Part shown: piece after piece, positions 25,977 through 34,765 of the stretch
Position numbering within the stretch: position 1 is the first letter of the stretch
How the letters are laid out: every line of letters starts with the position of its first letter
Origin: Phoronis australis
Taxonomy: Eukaryota > Animalia > Phoronida
Length of the DNA: 34,765 bases
Direction of reading: 5' to 3'
Assembly (NCBI GenBank): GCA_002633005.1
Contig: NMRA01000488.1
Coordinates: forward strand, 57,860-92,624
The notes under the pieces: generated by a model
What the model saw: the letters and a program-made list of their open reading frames with translations, nothing else
Told to the model about the DNA's origin: nothing
Databases searched by the model: none
Program-made: the position numbers and the translations under genes

Positions 25977-27602
25977 TTATGTCGTAACGTAACATGTTAG
26001 GCTGTTTCCAGATTTTGCAGCAATGCAACCAGCCTGTACAGATCTGGTAATAACAATTTTGTGTAATTATTTTTGTACGGAGCAGAATTGTCATATTTCA
26101 GCTCAAAATTTGAACAGCAAATCAAGGCTTGTGAGTTTGTGTATCCAGAATATTACAACACTGGGTAGTATATGGAAAAGCAGTTTCCAAACAGAGCTTT
26201 AGATATTAGAAAACAAATGTTTTCAAATTAAAATAGCGTCAGATTCTGTTGTGTATTTATTATTCACTCAACACAATGTGCCAAAAGAAGTTGGCAATGA
26301 AACAAAGGACTTTGGACAGAAAATCAAACCCCAAGTCTTAAAACAGGCAAAGCTCAGTTAATCACTGAAAACCAATTGGCCCTCACTCACAAACACTGAA
26401 TATCCAATATTGCACAAACACAAGATGTAAACCACCAGCAGATCCCAAAGCAGTTGCAGGTTATGTAGGACCATATGGACAAGTCTGACCTGTGTATTTT
26501 GCCAAATATCTTCAACATTTTAGATTTTAACATTGGAAAACATGTATAAATATACACACATATTTATATACAATTGAGTTGAAAGCCCCCCCGAAGTCGA
26601 AAGTAGAACATTCAAAAAACAAATTTTTGGAAACAGTGTAAAAAGCATAGTATCTAATAGTTTCATATGAATTTGATCCGCCATTTCTGAGATGCGATGT
26701 TCCAAAGTTAGCCAAATATGGACACTTCTCTAGAGACATACATAACATTAACAAGTACCATTGACTGCACAGACTCTACTGGGTGACCATATCAGTTAGG
26801 AGAGTCCTCGCACCAACACTGACCACTTGCTTGGAAAACAATTTCAATAGCAACTTAGATGACCTTCCTTATCACATAATTAGCTCCTTCAATATGTGTA
26901 CACCCACACTCCCCGACCTCACAGGTCACCAGGGACATACCAAATACCCACTAACTGATAAAGCTTTCTCACCAACGCAGCAAATTCCCTGGTTTGCAGA
27001 ATTCCGCTCTATAATAAAGAGTAACTCTGGGACTTAATTAGCCATCGCAACTCAAATGAATGAGTAAAATGCGAAGTTGTGCAACACGGCTCCAGTGGGA
27101 AATGGTAACTTCACTTCTGCTGGAATAATCACTAGAGGTCGCAACATCAATCACATGAGAGTCAAGGGGCATATCTGTGTGCTCTCCCACATAAAGGAAA
27201 AAGATTTACAGAAATCAGAGAGAAAATAACACTGGTCAATCTGTCATTATTTAACGTACACACCTATGCTTGGCTTGACGCCCACTCCCACCCTCAATTT
27301 ACACAATCAAGACTTCCTTGAAAGCAACCATATCAGAATTTCTATACACTTTTACATTAAAACGTACTCAAATACGTCAGACCACTCTCTACAATTAGGT
27401 TTTATTTAACTCTTGCACGCAACAATAACAAATTAACCCAAATAGATAAAAACTTATCCAGACTCCTCGAAATGTCTGTCTTTAAAAGACTACGAAGGTA
27501 AACTCAAGTTAACCCAACCCCTGAAGTATGAATTCCCTACTTCAAGGCAATCAGAGGAATATAGTATATACGAGCACTAACCAACACAAAATGGTATCTT
27601 AA

Positions 27603-28055
27603 GGCCCTTTCATATTGACTAAACTCTGGTCTGAGCGGAGTGTCGACTTAAACAGCGCAGTTAACTGACCGTTCATACTAATGAACATCGAATTAAACGG
27701 TAGGTGACGCTGTCATCATCGAAGTTTTCAATGTGACAATTTAGGAACATTTACATGTGTTAAGTGAAATTAAACTAATTTTTAAATTGATTGGTGATTA
27801 TTAGAGCAAAATATAAGCAGCTATTAGTGACAGCACTGCCCTGTAATTGTTGACGATAACAGTGGCACAAGGCGATAACTTCAATTGGACCGAAGTTAAC
27901 CATTCATACTGCACCACAGCGTCGACGCTCCGCTGTTAAATCCACCTGTTAACTGCAATGTTAACTGGAGCTGTTAACTTCGATCCAGGACCGGAGTTAA
28001 GCATTGACCGTAACTCCCCAAACCACTGACACATAGACATTAGTGTGAAAGGCCC
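27603..28055. mobile_element. PIF/Harbinger-like MITE, copy 2
   Basis: TIRs GGCCCTTTCATATT ... AGTGTGAAAGGCCC, preceded by TAA; homologous to the other two copies. Confidence 0.82.
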
Positions 28056-31000
28056 TTTAGGAATAAATTTACTTTAGCCCCACAATCCAACCTTCTTATG
28101 TCGAGTTTGGCCTTCAAGCAAAGAAGTGGTAAATGCCATATAGCAAAACAATTTGAGGTTCAAACAAGCCAAGCAAGTTGGCCATCTCGTCCAGAACATT
28201 GTGAACTTCAGATTTTCACCAACCAATAATATGCACAAAAAGGAATTTCAAAAATATCCTGAGGAAACACCCACAAGCTCTACACATCCATTTATAAACA
28301 GCCAGTCCAAAATATTCTGTCTCTTTTCACATCCAATTGTTTACAGCCTTAGGAGAGACAACATATAAACATGGCTAAGATAAAAACATCAGGAGACAAA
28401 TTCCAATAGGGAGATTCACAATGGATGATGCTGGTCATAGACAAATAACCTATTGCAAGTATACTACCACTTTTTTACCAGGCCAATAATCATTGAACAT
28501 CACAGAATACCTACAATCCAGATGGTCCTATTTAAATATTTATGTTCCAACAACTTTCCTGTAAACAGACTCAGGCAGTTAGACAAGGAATGAGAAACTG
28601 ATACCAACAAAACCACAAAGTTCAAAAGACCTCCTCTACTGGTCCTGATCATTTCTCTGCAACAGTGATACCCAGTCAGCAGGCCAGCAATACAACATCA
28701 GCAAGGTTTATCAACACGACCAAAACAATGGAGGCACTTAAGTGATTGTTAATTGCAAAACAAACATATAGTAAAATACACTTTTTAACGTGTATATTTT
28801 TATCGCTAATATTTGTAGTTAAAACTCTAAAGAGAATAGCACGGCAGCAAGCAGCCACTGCGGTAATAGTGACGTACAGTACAGGAGTTCCTGCATTTTG
28901 AGACATCAACCAGTTTTCTACACAAAGTAACGAGCATCAAACTGGTTCTCAAAATCCAGGACCTCCTGTACGTGACTACATTGCTCTCATGTATGCATAT
29001 CTGGTCGAGACATGAGCAGTGTTGTATGGCCGTCATTTTACACATTCTGTAACATCTCTTAGCCATCTGCGTTCTTATTGTTCTTTGGAGCATTGCAAAT
29101 ATATGAAGCGTTTGACAGGATTGGCGTGTCTTCATCCAATTTAACATAGAACACATTAAGCTCACAGGAGCAGCAAAAACACTAGCAGTGTTATGGTGGC
29201 AAAAAGACTATGACAAGACGGATGTTCTGTTGGCAAAGGGGTTGTTTTTGCCAGCATGTTAGTTTCTTTCCTGGCAACACACATTGCTTTTAAAGTAATA
29301 ATTGATGTCACATTACATTCATTCCCTGAAATGGATTGATTGAGACAACCAACGATAACACAAGCCTCCCAGTTTCCCCTAGACATGCGTGTCGTTTGAA
29401 GTACTAGTAAGTTGTCTGGCCACATTAAATCTTACATTACATTAAATCTAGGAAAAACAGGAGTAGTAAATGGGTTAACTCAAACCACAAGCAAAAGAGG
29501 CCCTTGCAACCAATCACATTGGTTGTATTTTCCCCACCGGCAAACGAAGTCGCAAAACTCAAGTATTTTAGCCAGTTTGAAAACGGGGTAGTGCATAAAG
29601 CAAAGCAGTGAGCATTTTAGCCAGACTACTTGAAAGAATGATTTTATTTGAAAAACTGTTCATAGGAAAATGTTATTTATGTAAATGGCCCAGAAAGTGT
29701 AGAGGGAAAGGCTTATATCTGATTAACATGGTGACATTTTGAATGCGTCTTAGCCTTATGTGACCTTAAGAAAGTCAGTCTCCACAAGTCTGTATCTCGT
29801 GGCAGTACTCAAAGCAATTCTGGAAGGAATAAAATTAACGTAACTTCATGGTAGGCAATCTTCTTTATGATACGCAATCTTAACTCTATCCTCAGTCATA
29901 TAGCGAAAATAGCGATAATAGCGGACATCCCATTTCGTCCACAAAAACTTACGGCAATTTCCTGTGTAAGTTCCCAATGAATATCCACATCAGCCACAAC
30001 ATCAGGTCAACGCAGACAAAAAGTGTGAAATCTGGCAACAGTTGTCAGAGCCCCCAAGTGTGAACTATTATCAGAAATGTCACAACGCCAGTGTCAGGGC
30101 CTAATCAGTAAAGGAGGTGGTTAATCCACTCAATTATTACACTTCAACACCAGTCTAAGCCAATCTGTTGACATTTGTAACATAACCTTTCAAGCAGACG
30201 TCAGCCATTAGTCAAAATATCAACCCACAATTCTTTTTTCATTTCTTAACTCAGAACAATATATTTGGTATATCCCAATTATGTTGAATTACACAAGGGT
30301 TAACTTGTTTAATTTGCACTTGAAATGCCTAAGAAAAGACACCAGTATGACTTCTGCAAAATTATAACGTCAATAAAAATGGGTACCAGGCATCTATTCA
30401 TGGGCTATTTGAAGAAGCAATTCCATGGACTAATGGGTACAACAGAAACGTTTGTGAGAGCTGAAACAGCTGAAAAACAACCAGGAACTCTCTTGTGTTC
30501 TATAACATGCCAAACACTTCAAAACACTTCCAAGGACATGCGTAACTAAAAAGAACCAAACAGAAAAAAGTCTTGCTTGCTTGCACAACCAGCCATGCAC
30601 TGATATAATGGATGGCAGCCATTCATTGAAAACTGCTCTCTTTAAACATAAGTGCCAATCAAGGCAGTTAATTAAATAGGACCCCACATGGTTTGGAACA
30701 AACTGCCGTGATACTGGTTTAGAATAGTCCATCTGTGTTATAGCTTAGAGAGATCACATCTGCATTGAAAATTTTGAAAAGAACAAAAATGCAAAACAAT
30801 AATCTCTAAGTCCATAACAAATTATTTTATCATGAACAAATGGACATCCAGGCAACTCAAACATAGAGAAGTAGCTTGGAAGACAAAACAAACTTACCAG
30901 TGATAATCTTCCCAACAGAGACAGAAAACCATTACTGATGAGCTTAGAGTCCAGTTAAATAAACAGTAACATTCATACCCCTTGGGGTATATCAAAACAG

Positions 31001-31591
31001 GCTACCAATCAGAACATAACAATATTCTGCCATCAACACTGCTGACCACCCCCATAGCAAATTCCCCACACAGCTTTATGTAATACACAGCACTGACCAC
31101 ATCCAAATAGAGGGTTAAGTCCATAGTAAATTCAGTTGTAGCTCTGACCTCAGACCTTTTGTGGAAGTTGTGACCACTCTGAGAGCACAAATAATATTTT
31201 CCACTTGCAACAATGAATACCACAGGTCCCTGTTGTCCATCTATTATGTTCTGGCTGTATCCCTATTTGTTCATGGCATTATCCACTAGGAAAGGTGTGC
31301 CAAAGATCAAAGGAGCCTTCCAATAGACTCCAAGGTAAAGTGAATGGGTCCAGTCATTCATACATGTAGAATCTCAAAAACTGTCATGTGACAACCTGTT
31401 TTCTTTTTTTAATGCCTGCCGTTTTCTGTGTCGGCATTAACTACGAAATATGCCCAACTGGGTCAACTTGTAATAAATCTTCACCTCATCTGAAGTGAGA
31501 TGAGAACAATCAACTACAAATGACCTAGTTTTATCTCTAAATATAACATAATAAGGTCAACTCTAGTTTTCCTTCTATTTTACTTTTGTCA

Positions 31592-31750
31592 TACAAACGC
31601 ACGGGTTAACGCCCTGCGTGCTTAATTTGGGAAACCCTGATACAGGGGGTGGGCGATTACCCAAGCAGTGGGCGCTTACACCGAAAACTGACATTAAGTC
31701 AGGGATAAGCCATTAACCGGCCATGGGCGTTAACCCGTGAGTTTACGGTA
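31592..31750. mobile_element. Tc1/mariner-like MITE (~160 bp)
   Basis: Inverted repeats AAACGCACGGGTTAACGCCC / GGGCGTTAACCCGTGAGTTT (19/20); right end ...TTTACGG-TA; left end slightly eroded. Confidence 0.7.
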
Positions 31751-32175
31751 CATCAGAAATCAGCAGAACAACTAGCCTCAAACTAAAAAACATCAATCTC
31801 ACCTCCAGATTTTCATAGGTTTTAAAAATCATCATCTGACCATTAGCAAGTGAACACCTCAGTTCTAAAATCGTTGAAAATATCTTACTGATGTAAAGCC
31901 ACTAAGAAAAGGCAGCAATCACTAAGACGAATATTGACTGAATGTTATGAAGCAGCACACTACTGATTTGTACAATCACTGAGACAAGTTTGATGACAAT
32001 AGGGTTGAACACCCTGGTTTATAAATTACCAAGGTTTGATCAGTAGCTGACGAGATGAAATGCTTTTAATTAAAATAGCTATGCGTTGGCGTTGATGGGA
32101 ATTCAAGACAAAGAGTAATCATCAAGCAGATAAGTAAGGCGTTGCCATTAGTCAACGCGGGGGGGGGGGGGGGGT

Positions 32176-32455
32176 NNNNNNNNNNNNNNNNNNNNNNNNN
32201 NNNNNNNNNNNNNNNNNNNNNNNNNNNNNNNNNNNNNNNNNNNNNNNNNNNNNNNNNNNNNNNNNNNNNNNNNNNNNNNNNNNNNNNNNNNNNNNNNNNN
32301 NNNNNNNNNNNNNNNNNNNNNNNNNNNNNNNNNNNNNNNNNNNNNNNNNNNNNNNNNNNNNNNNNNNNNNNNNNNNNNNNNNNNNNNNNNNNNNNNNNNN
32401 NNNNNNNNNNNNNNNNNNNNNNNNNNNNNNNNNNNNNNNNNNNNNNNNNNNNNNN
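32176..32455. other. Assembly gap (280 N) after a poly-G run
   Basis: N run preceded by G16 (32159-32174). Confidence 0.99.
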
Positions 32456-33275
32456 CAACGAAATTTCATATTCCACGGCTTTTTTCCACTCGGAGACTTG
32501 CTGCCAGTTGTAAGTTTAAGAATAAATCTCCGTTTAGACAACATAACTTCTAGTCACAACTTATAACTGTTCAGATGCAGCTTTAAATGGTTGTAAATCG
32601 ATCAAGGATGGAACTCAGTCTATCATGTTGACTCAAAGAATGCCACATTGATAAAACAGTTTTTAGGAAGTCGTTAATGATTTGGTCTAGAGCACAGGTT
32701 GTATTCTTATGTATTCAGAATTTGGTAAAACGGGTCACTAAAAACTAAAAGCAAGTAAAATTATATTTTTATCAAATTTCTTGTAACTTTAATGCAGCTA
32801 TTGATCCACATTTTGTCAACTAAAAAAGACGAGACATGATTTCTGGATTGCAAAGAAGGGGCAATTTGTTATTCCTTGAGACCATGTTCAAGTATAAAGT
32901 GAAACACCTTGACAAGCCAACGTGTAGTGCCTGATCTCATGCAGTAAAGAACTGTCAGTTCTTTCGAAGTCCTAATACCATCCCTAACTTGACTAAAGGA
33001 ACAATTTGGCAACAATATCATAATGGTATTTGGTCTTAATCAAAACTATTTTTGAAATGGAAGGGAGGTTTTTAGCCAATCTTTAAGATAAGCGTCATTA
33101 TTGTTATTTACGTACAATAATTTCGCCCCAAACAGCAATTACTAAAATATTGAAAATGTAGTGAGCCTCTCAATACATAGATAGAAGGCAACAAAGTACT
33201 TGTTTTTTTCCCAAATTGAGGAACTTATACGGCAGTTCTCATTTTGAAAGACCATCCAGTTGCATCATGTATTTA

Positions 33276-33785
33276 GGCCCTTTCATACTAAATTAACTAT
33301 CAGCGTAGCATCGACGACGTAAACTGTGAAGTTAATTGAATAGCTCATACCAGCTTCAGTAGTTTAGGTACAGAAGAAAACTATCTGGTAGGTGGCGCTG
33401 TCACCATCAAAGTAATCACAAGGTAATGCTGATGTAACCCATGCATGCCAAGATTTTTTAATGTGACAATTCGAGAACATTTACGTGTTGTAACCGACAT
33501 AAAAACTTATTTCTAATTCGACTGGGGATTATTCGAGCAAAACATAAGCAGCTTTTAGAGACGACACTGCCCTTAAATCGTTATTGATAACAGTGGCCCC
33601 TCCGGCAATTATTTGATTGGACTATTCATAACACACAACAGCGTCAATGCTGCGCTGTTAAATTCACCTATTTACTGCGAACTTAGCTGGTAATTTTAAC
33701 TTCAATCCAGGACCGAAGTTGTAACCGTTCATACTGACTACAACTCCCCAGAACATCGAGGCATTGACATTAGTATGAGAGGGCT
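33276..33785. mobile_element. PIF/Harbinger-like MITE, copy 3
   Basis: TIRs GGCCCTTTCATACTA ... TAGTATGAGAGGGCT, preceded by TTA; shares interior blocks (aatgtgacaatt, atccaggaccg, aactccccag, gacattagt) with copy 2. Confidence 0.82.
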
Positions 33786-34152
33786 TTTTGATTTGACACT
33801 GATAACATGTCAAAGATACTTTATTAGGGTAATTACCCTGATAACCACTTGGATTGGATTAGTGTCAATGAACTTCCCTACTAAGTTGTGGTATTGGATT
33901 TGTCAAAATATTACCATAGCAACAGATTGGTGAGTGTAACTGAACTCAAACAAAAACAAAAACTTAAAGTTAAGAATTCATCAAACGACAAAATTGCAAA
34001 TTTGTATTATTCGCAACAGAACCCCAGAGCATTAGTAAATAATTGTTAATTAACAATTTTTGACATAATTCACCACATAATTGTCTTCATGAATATCCAC
34101 ATCTAGAAATGTGCTTAACCAGGTGAAGAGGTAAGGAAACCATAATAAACAG

Positions 34153-34254
34153 CAGGCGTGCTTTGTTAGGGTAGGGACAGGCATGCTTTGTTGGGGTAGG
34201 GACAGGCATGCTTTGTTGGGGTAGGGACAGGCATGCTTTGTTGGGGTAGAGACA
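34153..34254. repeat. Minisatellite, 25-bp unit CAGGCATGCTTTGTTGGGGTAGGGA, ~4 copies
   Basis: Directly visible tandem copies. Confidence 0.93.
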
Positions 34255-34583
34255 TAAAGAAGCACAAATCCTGCATCCATATCCTCGCTTACAGTTCCTC
34301 ATGCATCCAGAGCAACTCACACAACATTCAACGATACCTTTTAAGCCAACATCGCAAAAACATTTAGATCAATTTACCTAAAAACAAAGACAAGCCATAA
34401 AGTGAAATCAGAAACCAAGTGGGAGGAAGACGAGGGTGAAAAACTGCGATCATCGTCAGAGGTGAAGCAATGCGAGTAAATACCGTGACACTTCTGAAGA
34501 GCACCCATGGATTGTGAGGATATGGCTATACAAGTTTTGGGAACACAACGACACCCGGCGATTGGCATCATTAACAAAATCAG

Positions 34584-34656
34584 CACGCACACACACACAT
34601 GCACGCTAACACGCACACACACACACATGCAAACAGATACACACACACATACACAC
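34584..34656. repeat. Interrupted (CA)n microsatellite
   Basis: cacacacac runs interrupted by short spacers. Confidence 0.9.
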
Positions 34657-34765
34657 CTGCTATTTTTCTCTAGATTCAAAAACCACATAATTGGCTGCGA
34701 GACCAACCATAGTTGCAGCTTGCTCTGGAGCAAGAAAATCTTTTAAGAGTCTAATTGGCTGATGG

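Noticed and set aside
32066-32544. ORFs spanning the N run
   Set aside because: Artefacts of the assembly gap.
34050-34746. ORFs with repeated peptides (HACPYPNKA, VCVCV, THTHT)
   Set aside because: Translations of the 25-bp minisatellite and the CA microsatellite.

Overview
Eukaryotic (animal, probably invertebrate bilaterian), AT-rich genomic DNA carrying two convergent intron-containing genes. On the + strand are the last 7 coding exons of EXOSC2/RRP4 (RNA exosome cap subunit, 949-6759; the first exon lies upstream of the window). One of its introns (3039-3856) has U12-type (minor spliceosome) signals. On the - strand is a KANK-family gene (KN motif, coiled coil, C-terminal ankyrin repeats; coding exons 24157-10173, about 1,620 aa from the Met at 24131). 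It has a 2.7-kb exon, a candidate 9-nt microexon and candidate alternative C-termini. The remaining ~10 kb (24158-34765) is KANK intron or upstream sequence. The non-coding DNA holds several MITEs (three copies of a Harbinger-like family, hAT-like elements with 5- and 6-bp TSDs, a Tc1/mariner-like element), a tRNA-derived SINE, minisatellites, an assembly gap and a probable haplotype-duplication artefact. I found no prokaryotic-type system (CRISPR, operon etc.) and no convincing wholly new system. The best leads concern splicing (U12 intron, microexon, dual-use exon, alternative C-termini) and KANK low-complexity motif arrays. All exon boundaries were read by eye and checked for reading-frame continuity.
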